Assembly: GCA_951406725.2 (NCBI GenBank)
Contig: OX597822.1
Location: forward strand, 82,460,001 to 82,524,000
DNA length: 64,000 nt
Direction: 5' to 3'
DNA from: Octopus vulgaris
Taxonomy: Eukaryota
Made by a program: the position numbers and the translations under genes. Below the pieces are notes generated by a model. The model did not search any database and was not told the origin of the DNA. It worked only from the letters and a program-made list of their open reading frames with translations. Position 1 is the stretch's first letter. Each line of letters begins with the position of its first letter. This document shows positions 1-14,400 of this stretch, in pieces.

Positions 1-793
1 CCCCCTGGATGGGATGCTAGTCCATACCAGAGTTACCCATTTACAGCTGAGTGGAATAGAACAGTGTAAAATGAAGTGTTTTACTCAAGAACACACTGCA
101 TGGCCAGTCAGGGAATCAAAACTACAATCGTGCAATCATGAATGCAATTCTCCCACCACTAGGTGGCACACCCATAACTATTGGCATGGCTATTTCAAAA
201 TTGCCAAATATGGTTAGTCTTCAATTTTGCCAGTTATTTTGACATTGAGGTGTGATGAGATCACCTGCTTATAATTTGAAAACTCTCAACAATGAAAAAC
301 TAGCAACAATAGATTACATTGTTTTTAAAATAGATTTGTAGATTTTTAAAATAGATTTGTAGCTGTGCACTTGGTTACCTATTTTGTTAGCTATGGTGCA
401 TTAAGATTCATTAGGCCTCACTGAAAATTAAGCAGAATTAGCAGCCTTGATTAGAAGGGTAGATTAACTCAGGAGATTAAGATGAGAGAGTAACAGAGAG
501 GATATCAATAGAGTATGTGTGTACAATGTGAATGGGTGGAGGCATGGCTGTGTGGTAAGAAGTTTGCGTGTCAACCTCATGGCTCTGGGTTCCGTCCCAC
601 TGCGTGGTACCTTACGAAAGTGTCTTCTTCTATAGCCGCAGGCCGGCCAATGCCTTGTCAGTAGATTTGGTTGATGGAAACTAAAAGAATCTCACCATAT
701 ATGTATGTGTGTATGTGTGTGTTTGTGTGTGTGTGAGTCCTTAACCATCACATGACAAGCAGTGTTATCTATCAGTCTGTGTGTGTATGTACA

Positions 794-835
<42 letters not shown>

Positions 836-1137
836 ACATGACAGCTAACAATGCAATTATAATAACTTCAAACACCTAAGTGCAAATATATACATTCAGA
901 AGCCAAGATACGTTTGATTTCATTCATTATGGATGTTTATTCAACCAACAAAACATTTCTCTACAGGAAAATTCACTCCGTAAAAAATCGTATTCTCGGT
1001 TTTCAACTGTGTATGATGGATTACTTTTAGCTTATCTATTTATTCTCTCCTGTCCCTCTTCTCATTCCCCATGGAGCCCAATGAGACATTAATTTAATAA
1101 TCACTACCAGGTTTATGTATTCTCCTTGCTTTGAATA

Positions 1138-1801
<664 letters not shown>

Positions 1802-1867
1802 GTATCTGGGGAGAATCATATTGCCTTAATATATTTAATACACTTACTGGTTCAATTTCCACTCAAA

Positions 1868-1903
<36 letters not shown>

Positions 1904-2140
1904 TGTATGTATATATACATGTATACACTCACATACACACACACACACACATACCGACTCCCCATGTGGATAGGAAAGCATTCTTCTTCCTGTCAAGGGC
2001 TTATATGCCCCTTTATTAGACTATTTTCCTTAGTCATTGCATGGTGATCGGCATAAACTTTAAGCTTATAGAAAAATACCATTATTATTATTTACAGGAT
2101 TGTAAAAACAGCACCATATAAAAAACCATTTGCACCGAAA

Positions 2141-2211
<71 letters not shown>

Positions 2212-2409
2212 TCCAGCTCCAGAGCTTTTTATTTGGTACCACCACCAGCAAGTTACTTGGTGACCCTTTCAGTGTTGGTGCCATGTAAAAGGCACCCAGT
2301 ACACTTTGTTAAGTGGTTGGAACTTAAACTGCACCCTTTCCATCCAAGGCCAACACATCTATAAGAACAATCTTTATATCAACCTGTTATAGAGGTACTG
2401 CCTTTCTCA

Positions 2410-2455
<46 letters not shown>

Positions 2456-2699
2456 GTGTGTGTGTGTGTGTGTGCATGCATGCATGTGCGTGTGTATATG
2501 ACTGTGTGGTTAAGAAGTTTGCTTTCCAACCACATGCTTTCAAGTTCAATCCCACTGTATGGTACTAGCACAAGAGTTTTCTACCAGCCAAAGCCGGCAT
2601 GGCTCTAGCATGGCCACAGTCCAGTGACTGAAACAAGTAAAAGATAAACAACAAAATCTTTCCTTCCTTAATTATATGCTGTCAGAATCTTTGTAAACA

Positions 2700-2930
2700 T
2701 CTCCAAGAAATGTGATGGCTATTCTGAAAGCTATTCTCCAATTTAATCTTCTTGTCCCTATTGGTTAATATCCATAGATAATGGATATCTTTCTCTCAAA
2801 CACCTGCAGTTGTTTTTCAGCTTATCTCCTTGATATTCCTGTCCTATCAATATCACAGTGATTGTTTCTTTCTTGAAATCCCCCCTTTTCTGGAATGTCT
2901 CATATATCTTGCTCTCTATATTTAGATTAT
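2700..2930 (-). pseudogene. Old R4/Dong-like RLE LINE fragment
   Basis: Minus-strand translation KRGDFKKETITVILIGQE..NNCRC resembles the G.LK.ETE..I.AAQ.Q...CR.C zinc-knuckle region of R4/Dong elements. Confidence 0.45.
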
Positions 2931-4222
2931 TTCATTGTGAAAAACACATTGTTGTTGGCTGTAAATGATATTTCTATCAGGAAACATCGATAACCATTTC
3001 TGGGTTAATTGCCTAAGTTTTTTTTGTCAGTAGGAACCAACATGTCAGAGAATATAGCTAAATAGGTTTGTTGTAGTTGTTTATCTCTATACTAGTCCTG
3101 ACTGAGTAAGCCTACGGTCAATGGTGTTCCGGCCATGACCATAGGCACCGGAATAGCTATGTGGTAAGAAGTCGGCTTCCCAACCACATGGTTTGCATCT
3201 GTGTTGGTACCACATAAAAAGCACTCGTGTTGATGCCATATAAAAATACCCAGTACATTCCATAAATTGGTTGGCATTAGGAAGGGCATCCAGATGTAGA
3301 AACCATGACGGAACAGAAAATCGGAACCTGGTGCAGCTCTCCAGCTTGAAAGCCCCTATCAAACTGTCTGACCAAGGCCAGCATTTGAAAATGGACATTA
3401 ACTGATGATGATGACTCAGAATGTAAGACAATGCTGGAATTTATTATCAAAAGGCATTCCAGCAGTGACCATCCTTTATTCTTAAGGAAAGCTGAGATTA
3501 CATTATCTGAAATATCATATTTTTTTAGGATTTTGCGGTGGGATTCAAGGCAAGTTCCACACCTATTACTTGTGGGTTGAATTCCTTGATTGTTTCATTT
3601 GACATTCATGAAGACAAATATACAATATAAAGACAAACAGACATTATAAACCAATATCTGTAGTTGGATTTGAACCTGTAACCCTCTAATTGACTTCTAT
3701 AACAATGAACTTCAGCTATACAGTCATCCATCAATCTTTATATTCCAATTACACACAATTGGTGTTAAGAAAACTATAAACATTTAATCACTTACCAGAT
3801 TGTGAAATTACCTAATTAAAATAAATGAATTTATTAATAAACAGATTAATGAACCAATTAATTGATTAATTAATTAATTAAGAGGAAGAATTTTTAGAAT
3901 TCAAGCAAAAATTTTTTCAATTAGTGTAGTTGTTTTTATTTAAAAAAAAACAACAACAATAAGCAGTCAATTGTTTGTTAGCTAATGGTAGTGAAAATGG
4001 GAGTTAACACCACAAGGCATTAAGATTTATTTTTAAAATATCTGATACTGGGGTATGATGCAGCCCTTGGGGTCATCAGATCCTGTCAAGCTGTGCGACC
4101 CATACCAGCATGGAGCTTGGATGTTAAATGACGATGATAAAAATTATATGACATTTTCAAGAACTGCGAGAGAGACAGAGACAAAGAAAAAGAGAGAGAG
4201 AGAAAAGATTCTAAAATAGAAA

Positions 4223-4440
4223 CTGCCCTACTGAAAAATAGAGAAAATAGATTCTACTATTTAATAAATGCTTTCTGTCAATTTCATTTGTCAAATTAAC
4301 TCTTATAAATATTTCATTGAATAAATTATTGCCTCCCTTAATATCACATGATAATCATAGCCAATTATGCAGTCACTCGACCACCAATGTATAAAATTTG
4401 ACAGATGAAATTGACAGTGAGCAGTAAATCTGTGAGGCAG
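4223..4440. mobile_element. Small inverted-repeat element (MITE-like)
   Basis: 23-bp near-perfect inverted repeat CTGTCAATTTCATTTGTCAAATT (4275-4297) / AATTTGACAGATGAAATTGACAG (4395-4417), with outer CTGCC...GGCAG ends. Confidence 0.5.
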
Positions 4441-4480
4441 AATATATTCAATTCTTATGTCTTAGGCCAAACTTGAAAGC

Positions 4481-4514
<34 letters not shown>

Positions 4515-4634
4515 TCTGCATTTAACTCATTCCTTATCGCTAATCATGTTACACCATTTTCATTCAATGCACATCTTATTCTGTCTCGTATTCATGTTGT
4601 ACATGGACCTCATCTCTCTCTCTTTCTCTCTCCC

Positions 4635-4666
<32 letters not shown>

Positions 4667-5296
4667 TTCCAGATGGCCAAGCTATGTACTCACCTCTTCA
4701 GCAAGACACTTGCTCCTCTCCCTCTATCATAGTTTCTTTTTCGAGTCTATAACCTGCTCATTTGAGTGGGATCTTATCTTGAGGGTATGTGGCAACCTCA
4801 CCAATGCCAGTGCCACATGAAATGTACTCTGTTAAATGGTTGGCATGAGGAAAAGCATCCAACTGTAGAAACCATGCCAAAGTAGACATGAGAGTTGGGC
4901 GCCATCTGGTTCATCTGTTCTTGTTAAACAATCCAACCCTTGACAGCATGGAAAATGGGACATTAAATGGCACTGATGATATACATACATAGATACACAA
5001 GCACACACATTTATATATATATTCTTTTACTTGTTTCAGTCATTTTACTGCGGCCATGCTGGAGTACCACCTTTAGTTGAACAAATCAACCTCAGGATTT
5101 ATTCATTGTAAGCGTAATACTTATTCTATCGATCTCTTTTGCCAAACTGCTAAGTTATGGGGATGTGAACACACCAACATCAGTTGTCAAGCGATGGTGG
5201 GAGGACAATCAGAGACACACACACAAAAAAAAGATGAAGATGGGTGTGTAAACAACAAACAGATGCATTAGTTTAATGCTCAGGAAGTGAGAAAGT

Positions 5297-5332
5297 CTTT
5301 AACATTTTGAGCCTACGCTCTTCGGCAGAAAG
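5297..5332 (-). ncRNA. Decayed minimal hammerhead ribozyme (third family, copy 1)
   Basis: Minus strand reads cttt-CTGCCGA-a-gagc-gtag-gctc-AAAAT-GTT-aaag. Part of a ~160 bp repeat (about 5225-5385) also present at 42135-42290. Confidence 0.6.
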
Positions 5333-5392
5333 GAACACAGAAATAAACAGGGAGAATAGAAAAGGTTTAGTGGCTAGCAATCAATCATACAC

Positions 5393-5433
<41 letters not shown>

Positions 5434-5597
5434 TAGTTATCGCCAAGCTAACATGGCAGTCCAGAAAAATAGGACGAATGCTGCTGTTGATTAGCTCCAA
5501 GAGGCCATCACCTCTAGCTAGCTATGTGACACACGAACCTGTGTCCATTATAACCTTTGAATAGGGGAGGTCAGCTGCATCCCCTTGTGGTCTGGCA

Positions 5598-5640
5598 TCT
5601 ACAGACTAGTTTTAGGGTATTTTCCCATTATCAATGTAGA
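5598..5640 (-). ncRNA. Decayed minimal hammerhead ribozyme (second family)
   Basis: Minus strand reads tctaca-TTGATAA-tgggaaaataccct-AAAAC-TA-GTC-tgtaga: perfect 6-bp stem I, ggg/ccc stem II, palindromic ACTAGT stem III, GUC triplet. It lies in a ~210 bp insert between two (TA)n tracts. Confidence 0.65.
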
Positions 5641-5641
5641 G

Positions 5642-5678
<37 letters not shown>

Positions 5679-6649
5679 TGTGTATATATTTAGAGGGAGA
5701 GAGAGAGAGAAAGATAGATACAGTCACATCATATATATATATTTGTATTGATTGATGTTAAATCACGAGCCTTATAAGTCAAGGAGACTCCGATCTAAAA
5801 CATATCGAAATGATAAACCACTTATGGATTACGTGATGCTTCAACATTCAACAGTGTTTTACATAAAAGAAGGTTTAACCAATTTAGCATGACATATGAT
5901 ATACTTCTCAATATGATTACAATCACAGGTGAAAATTCAATGATACGTGTGTGTGTATGTGTGTGTGTATGTATGCATATGTACACACTACACACAGTAT
6001 AATAGAAAACCTAACTGCATCAGTACCCACCTACACCTTTCTTCCCAGCACAATTAACAAAGCCATTTCACTATGAGCAAATGAAGTAACCTCCAACTGG
6101 TTGCTCAACCTGCTTGAAATAGCAGTTAATCTCCCCTCAAGTCACAAACTATCAATGTTAAAAGAAAACAGAACACATTTGATAATGTTGAACTATGTGA
6201 ACTGTTTTAAGACAAAGGATGTGTGTGGTTTGAGGGAAATTTGACTGCAATTTCTTGCAGATCTAGCAAGCATGAAAGACTACTCTTTTAAAAGAAAAGT
6301 TGCTGTTTATCAATTCTGATCAAGCAAACCAGCAGACCTTTGATCAAAAGCAGTCCAATGTGACCATCCATCTTTTCCCCAAATCCAAGGATCTCCAGAG
6401 TACAGTATCCAACATTATCCACATTATCCAACATTGCCTACCAATGGCTGCAGTAGTGACAATAGTGGTGGTTATTGTAGTGGTGGGCATGGTGATGTTA
6501 ATGGTAATGGTTGTGAGATTGTTTTTGTGGTGGTGGTATAGCACCTTAACCCCATAGCACCTCAGATCAAACATACCTGTGGCAGGTGTTTTATTGGTTC
6601 TCTTCTTGAACCACCAAGTGTAATTCACAGAACCAGTATTCCAGAATTG

Positions 6650-7262
6650 CTTTTATTTTTGTTTGCTTATGACGGCCCATCAAAGGTGAGGACTGCATAA
6701 ATCTAAAACAGTCACCCTCCTCCACCCCCCGGCACATTATTTCTCATGTGAGCGAACAAGGTCTATACAATATAAGCAAATCCTGTGGCACTGAGGGAGG
6801 GCACTGAACAACAGCTGCAGGAGGTTGAAGATGATGTCCCCTCCCCTCTTCATGCAATCTCCTGCATACAGTTTCAAGGCTCTCTACATGGACGTCCCTG
6901 CCTTCCAATTAACGGCCAGGGGTTCCAACCGAATGGGAGGGACACCATATAAAATAAGAGACTGCTCGAGAGGATGGTGAAAATATTTTGGATGTATATG
7001 AGGCCTACTTTCTGTCTTGATCTCACTAAAGATGACCATCTTTGAAAGCCAGTTACCCAGCATCCAGATCACATGGTCGACTCAGCAGTAAACACAATTA
7101 AGGATGCAGGCTTCAAAGCCCTAGATCCCGGCCCTTAGGAGGATTTCAGTATGAGGCACCTTGTCCTTCCATGTGAGACTGAGAATACTTTGGAGTGATC
7201 TGATATGGAATGCTTCCAGTTGTCTGATCTGACACTGATAAAGGGCCCAGAACTCAGATACA
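6650..7262 (-). pseudogene. RTE-clade LINE 3' fragment (RT C-terminal region)
   Basis: Manual minus-strand translation SEFWALYQCQIRQLEAFHIRSLQSILSLTWKDKVPHTEILLRAGI*...DHVIWMLGNWLSKMVIFSEIKTESRP matches the RTE pattern (ETW..LEAFH.R.LR.IL..W.D.V.N.E...GHV.RM). Confidence 0.85.
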
Positions 7263-7994
7263 CTGTAAGTATCTGACTAGTTGAGGTCAATATTATCTAC
7301 TCCAACATAAAATGGTTGTTGCTGTTGTTGTTGCAACACAGCCCCACGTGAGTCCTGACTGAATAGATATATGACCAGAGGTGTTCTGGCTACAAACAGC
7401 CAGTTTTCTTTCCAGACATAGTGTATCTAATGTGTCCGTCCTTTATGAAGATTACAGCATGTGTTATTTGATGGAATTTTGGCTTAACAGCAGAAATATT
7501 CCATGATGAAGACAATGATGATGATGATGATTACACGCCCCTCACACATACACACATGGATCAGATATCATTTCAAGATCCAACTTGATTCTAAATATTC
7601 CCATGTTTTCAGCTGCCTACTTTGGCATTTATACCATTCCAAGAGGAGGCTTGATGTAACAGCTTCATGGATGAGTTCATCATATAAATGGTGAAATGTG
7701 TGACTCAACAGAGACAAGTTTTGAGTGAGTGTTGTTGAAGGAATCCATCATGCAATGAAGACAAAACTTCAGAGTTTGACACCAAATCCCACTCGCAAAC
7801 AAACACTGAGGATTCTGTAGATTTGAATCCATAAGTATTTAAAAGTCTAAATTATGCAAACTACCTTGGCCATAACTGTTTTCCACTCCTTTTTTGTATA
7901 TGACTAAGTGCTTTAGTTACTGGAGATAAAAGTGGATAATTACCATGCTGATGATGTCTATTGACGCAGAAATGTATCCCCCATCTGACCTTTA

Positions 7995-8190
7995 TTCTCC
8001 TGACAGTAAGCCAGTCTTTTTTCTTAATGGTATGTCAGCTTTGGAGAATTCCTGATTCTTGAGATTATCTCCCCCTTCCCAAGTGGAGCTCTTAATTGCG
8101 ATTTGGTAGTTATGATAGATCTTTTAGAAGCAGAAATAAAGTTGATAAATCAAAAATTGATGTTGTATGTTATTTAATATACCTACATTT
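7995..8190 (+). repeat. Unclassified old dispersed repeat (~200 bp); second copy at 24900-25095
   Basis: Both copies share CTTTGGAGAATTC.T.ATTCTTGAGATTATCTCCCC and the downstream blocks. Confidence 0.7.
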
Positions 8191-8534
8191 GTCAATGTTG
8201 TTTGAGAAGCTGATGAGGCTATTAACCTCATCCCTATCCTTCTACCTCATCCCTCCTTATCCCACTGCTATATCTTATGCATCTGTGTTTGTCTAGATGG
8301 AGGGAGGGGAGAGAGAGAGAGAGAGAAATAGAATAATGTCTGTCCTTCGAATGTCACTTGTAAAGAGTAGCATGGGGAAAAGGACAATGGCTGGGGGTGG
8401 GGGTAAAAATATGGAAGCAGAGTAAAAGAACAAGGATTAAGAAAAATTGATGATAGCTGAAGATCTTTAAGAACTGATAATCACAGCGAATCTGCCTACC
8501 TTATCTTTATTATTATCAGTCTTCACCAAGTCTG

Positions 8535-9030
8535 CCTGCCACCACCACCATTACCACCACCACTGTTAATGTCAACTCTTATTATACAGGTCATTATCAT
8601 TATTATCTTTATCCTCAAAATGTTCCTCATCATCATCATCATCATCATCATCAACTCCACCACCACCATCACTACTGTCATCATCGTTGTCAATATCACC
8701 ACCACCATCTTTGTCATCATCATCAGCTATTATCGGCCTTACCACTGCAATCACCACTGCCACCACCACCATCATCATCATCATCATCCTTACCACTGCC
8801 ATTACCACCACCACCATCATCATCATTCTTAGCACTGCCATCACCACCACCACCACCACCACCATCATCATCATCCTTACCACTGCCATTACCACCACCA
8901 CCACCACCACCACCATCATCATCATCATTCTTAGCACTGCCATCACCACCACCACAACCACCACCACCATCATCCTTACCATTGCCATTACCTCCACCAC
9001 CACCACCACCACCACCATCATCATCATCAT
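8535..9030. repeat. (CAC/CAT)n trinucleotide array with higher-order units
   Basis: Alternating CTTACCACTGCCATT and CTTAGCACTGCCATC anchors between CAC/CAT runs. Confidence 0.9.
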
Positions 9031-9470
9031 TGGTGTCATGTTGTTATCAGGGAGTGTATTATTACCCCCATAAACATGCTGTTGTTTAGCTCAAATGAAA
9101 CAGACCAATAGTATTCTTCTAGCTCTAATAATCCTCCTGGCCATCCTGTCTATTTGTGTCAGGGACTACATTATCCAATGAAATCTTTTTTCTTTTTTTC
9201 TCTAAGCAGGGTGTTGATCTGAGGGAAATTTAAGGGTTGTAATTTTAAAGGAGTGTCATGTGAAACAGATTTAAATGCTATTCCTGTCTATTCCATTCCT
9301 ATAGAAGCTGGTGTTCCTTGTAAACATGTTGACCTCAGAGGTGGTCTTTAATTCTATCAGACACTGACACATGACCATAAATTTGAAGCATGGTGGGGGG
9401 AGTAATGTCAACAAAATCAACCCTAATATGTCACAGGGAATTAGTTTATTAATCAGCTCTGCCCATATAA

Positions 9471-10020
9471 GCTTGGCTGCATGGTAAGAAGTTTGTTTCC
9501 CAGCCACATTGGCTCCTGGTTCAGTCCTACTGTGTAGCACCCCGGGCTAATGTGTTCTGCTATGGCTTTGGGCTAAAAATGTCTTGTGAGTGGATCGAAC
9601 AGGCAGAAACTGAAAGAAGACTGTTGTATGTATGTGTGCATTCATGTGTGTATGTGTGTGTGTGCGTGTGTGTGTTTGTATGTGTGTGTGCGCACGTACA
9701 CGTACAAGTGTGTGTGTGTGTGTGTGTGCATATGTGTGTGTGCATGTGTGTGTACGTGTGTGTGACTGTGTGTGTGCACATGTGTGTATGTGTGTGTGTA
9801 CATGTGTCTGTGTACATGTGTGTGTGTTTGCCGCACACCATCGCTTGGCAACCAGTGTCAGTGTGTTCCCGTAACTTAGTAGTTCGACAGGAGAAACCGA
9901 CAGAATAAGTGCCAGGCTTAAAAAAAAAAGTCCTGGAGTTCGGTTCATTTGACTAAACTTCTTCAAGGTGGTGCTCCAGCATGGCCACAGTCTAATTACT
10001 GAAACAAGTCAAAGAAAAAA
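9471..10020 (+). mobile_element. SINE family A with expanded internal (TG)n
   Basis: Head at about 9471-9625, ~200 bp compound TG tract, then the family 3' module. Confidence 0.85.
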
Positions 10021-10649
10021 TAACCCTACCCTCACTCCACACGGGGGGGGGGTGCAAATCAAAACTGACCTTTGTAGGAATCTAGAACAAATATGTCAAG
10101 GACATGGCTAGAGTGTGTGATGTGTGGGGGGGGAAGCCCTTCAGTTTGCTCCTCTGGCCACCACTACCAGGCTCCCAAACCTCACACAAAATTACTGCCC
10201 CCATAAAAGTGCCCCCTGGGGCAAACACTTCCTTTATCCTTGCCCTCTTTCCCCTCCTATGTTCATGAATTACAGATAAACATTTAGCTTCCTGTTGCTG
10301 CTGCTGCTGCTACTGCTGCTGTTTAATCAAAGGTCAACTCTGGCTGGGCAGGCCTTTGATCAAAGGCTTTCCAACTCTGACCATCCTATTTTTTTCCAAT
10401 GTGCAGTGAACTCAGAACTGCATTGTCCAGTGTGTCCCTTTTCAAGTTGGTAAGATGTTATTTGAGGGATATTTAGTTACCATTTCTAGCAGGTCAAGTT
10501 CATTACTGGTCATTACTTCACAGTCATTGCTGTATTTTACTATGATTTCTCCCATTTTTTTCACTGGATCCAATCATTGAACCATGACCATTCTGGAAGA
10601 GTTTAATCAGATATCCCATTGCAGTACTTGACTGGTTCTTTCAATGTCA

Positions 10650-11064
<415 letters not shown>

Positions 11065-11109
11065 AAGGCTGATTATCCAATATCTGCAACCATTTATAAA
11101 GACAACAGA

Positions 11110-11460
11110 GCTGTGGTTCTGAAACAATGTGTTGTAATATGGTAATGCATTGCAATGGATATCAAAATGTGTCAAGGAATTTTTTTAAATAGCATTTTAG
11201 TCTTTATAAAAATCTGTATTAATGCTGGAGCACGTTGAAGAGTGTGTGTCTGTTATTCATAACTTCATTATAACTAGTTTAATTAATAAAACAAAGTTAG
11301 CAAAAATGTTCTAAATTTTTTTCTTCTAAATTTTAAACTTTAAAACTAGGTTTTTCTTTGAAATTTTTTTAATTATTTTTTTATGTTCTATACAATGTGA
11401 GCCTAGAATTTTTATTTAATCTCCGGTACACTACAGAGTCAAAAAACTGAGAACTGCTAC
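11110..11460. mobile_element. Old hAT-like MITE
   Basis: Degenerate ends CTGTGGTTCTGAAAC and AAAAAACTGAGAACTGCTA around an AT-rich core. Confidence 0.35.
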
Positions 11461-14400
11461 AATAAAGCGAAACTGAGGAGAGATTTAGTTACTATTTCTA
11501 GCAGGCCAAACAACCACATAGAGGCATTTTAGGTAGTGACTTAGTTACTTGGTCAGTTTAACATGTGCCATAGATCTGTCTGCTCAATATGAGCTGACCT
11601 GGGGTTATTCAACAATTGTGATTTGTATTGCCTTCTCTTGACTCATTTTTATACTTTTAGAGAAAGAAAGAAATGGAAATTTGAGGTGTTCATTCATTTC
11701 CCAAAGGCATTACTAATGTAAGTGAAGTGAAACAGTTTCAAATAAAATTTGAAGCTTTTTGTCCCAGACTTGACCAAAGAGAAACTTATTTCTTGCTTTA
11801 CAATATACAAAACACACTTTTTTTTTTTTACATATTCTTAAATTCTCAAATGGTAAAGTCAATTGTATCAACCTCTGTACTTTTTTGCTGACCCCTGGAA
11901 GAATGAAAGGCAAGTTGGCATCAGTAGGACTTGAACCTCTTATGATTCTGCCAATAGCAATATCTCTTAGGTCTGTTATGAGCCCCAGGACTTATAAGGC
12001 TGGAGCTTAACCTGGTCTCCATGGCATATGATAACAACACTCATCCTGGATAGGACGCCAGTCCCTCACAGAATTAACTTCCCAGTTTTTGCTGGAACTC
12101 ATTTACAACTGAATGAACTAGAGCAACATGAAGTGAAATGTTTTGCTCCAGAACACAGCACACTTCCTAGTCCAAGAATCAAAACCACATCACACACACA
12201 TCTCTGCCAATAACAACATAGTTTTAAATTATATTGATGGCAGAGCTATAAATGTAAGCTGCTTTCAAACTAAAGCCATAGCTTTGTTTTCATAATGACC
12301 TGGAACTATTTCACTTCTCTTATGATGATAATACTTTGGGGAATAAGAAAGAAATGCCAGATTTTCCATTTCCTTTTCTTCTAATAACCTTAATGCCATT
12401 CTTTTCAGCTATTTTTCTATTTTCTCAGGCTCCTTAATCTTCTTCTCCTTCTCATTATTATTATTGTTGTTGTTGTTGAGCTGGTGGAATTAGTAGTGCA
12501 CCAGGCCAAATGCTTAACAGCATTTCTTCTGGCTTTACATTCTGGCTCTAAATTCTTCAGAGAATGACTCCGCCTAAGGGTGGCGAGGTGGCAAAAATGT
12601 TAGCACACCAAGCAAAATGCTTAGTGGTATTTTGTCAGTCTTTGTGTTCTGAGTTCAAATTCCACCAAGGTCGACTTTGCCTTTCATCCTTTCAGGGTTA
12701 AATTAAGTACCAGTTGCATACTGGGGTTGATCTAATCAACTGGCCTCTCCTGCAAAATTTTGGGCCTTGTGCCTAGAGTAAAAAACAGAAAAAAAGAAGA
12801 ATGGCTCTGTCTTTTATCCTTTTGGTGTTGATAAAATAAATACCAGCTAAGTCCTAGAGTTGATGTAATTAAATTACTTCTCACCTCAAAATCTTTGGCC
12901 TTATGCGTAAAATTAGCAAGAATTATTATCATTGTTGTTGTCATTCTTGTTGTTGTTCTTGTTATGGTATTTATAGAGTCAAACAGGATGGATTTCTCAC
13001 ATTTATTTCTTAATGAATTTTCCTTATATTTAACAGAACTGTCTTTCCTCTGGTTTTTTTTTATAGGCTATGAAATAATTTCAATAAGCTCCTGTCCAAT
13101 AAAATTTCATTTTTCTATCAATTCAAATGATTTTAATTAACTTTTCATTTATTTTTTCTAAAAGAAAATACAAAAGTTTAATTAAATGCTTTTTTAAATG
13201 AAAATAATTATCTCCCTTGGGCAAATTATATAACATTACACTCTACTTACCTTATTAGTGTGCTACATGGTAAGAAATACATAGACAGTGATAGTATCAT
13301 ATACATACTCACACGCACACACACATATATGTACAATATATTTGTGTATGTGTATATATATATAGACAGATACATACATACATACATACATATGTACATA
13401 CGTACATACATTCATACATACATACATACATACATACAGACATACATACATATAGATTGATTAATTAATCAACTGTTGCTTCGTTATACAAGGACCATGT
13501 TGTAGCTTTTCCTTAGAAAATAAAATTAACTATTGTTTTTAAATACCAATCTGAAGTCATTTTTTGTGCTATAAATGCTTTGTGAAAAGGCATGAATATC
13601 ACCACTCAGCCTCCACTTCTCACTGCTAGAAATCATGCCTATGAGCGAAAGCAAATCATTATTGTAGTTGTTGTTGTCTAGTCAACCCTGATCAAACAAG
13701 CTGATTAAATTTGCTCCAGATGTGACAATCCCATTTTTGTGGGGACATCATTATCTAATGTTTCTTTCTTTTTAAGATGATAGATTGAGAATTGAAAGGA
13801 GATTTGGTTGCTATTTCTAGCAAGTCAAGCAACTTCATAGATACTCATAGCATTGATTCATTGCTGTTGTTTTTAGTTTTGTTTTAGTGGGGGCAGCCAT
13901 GGTAAAGTGGGGGAGATTTAGGCAAATGAAATCAAACAAACTGATTTTTATTTCATACTTAAACACTTAGAAGAGGTAGAATGAACAAATGAATAATATG
14001 TTCCGTGATAAAATACTTTAGAAAACATGATGTTGTATACTTGAAAAAATTAATGAAAATAACTTCTATTTTTTATCTCAGATTTCAGGTTTAATCTAAA
14101 AAATGTGCCTCTCCCTTTCACTCTTTCTTTGTTTCTTTTTTCCTCCTTTCCCTATTTTTTTTTTCATTATTTTTATCTTTCTCCCTTGCTCCCTCTCTTT
14201 CCCCATAAGTTTCTTTCCTTCCTTTTCTCTAAACTGGTAATTGTGGATTTCATTACATTCATTTTTCTTTCTTTTTTTTTTGTTTTTAGTTTGATATTTT
14301 TGTCATAATCTGTATTTATCATGTTACTAATCACTTGTATTGATGTAAACTGTTTTATTACTCCCAGTTGGATTGATCTGTGAACTGACTCTATTTTATT

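Noticed and set aside
7943-7990. CTGATGA...GAAA spacing suggestive of a hammerhead
   Set aside because: No stem III/NUH and no downstream complement to the 5' stem I strand.
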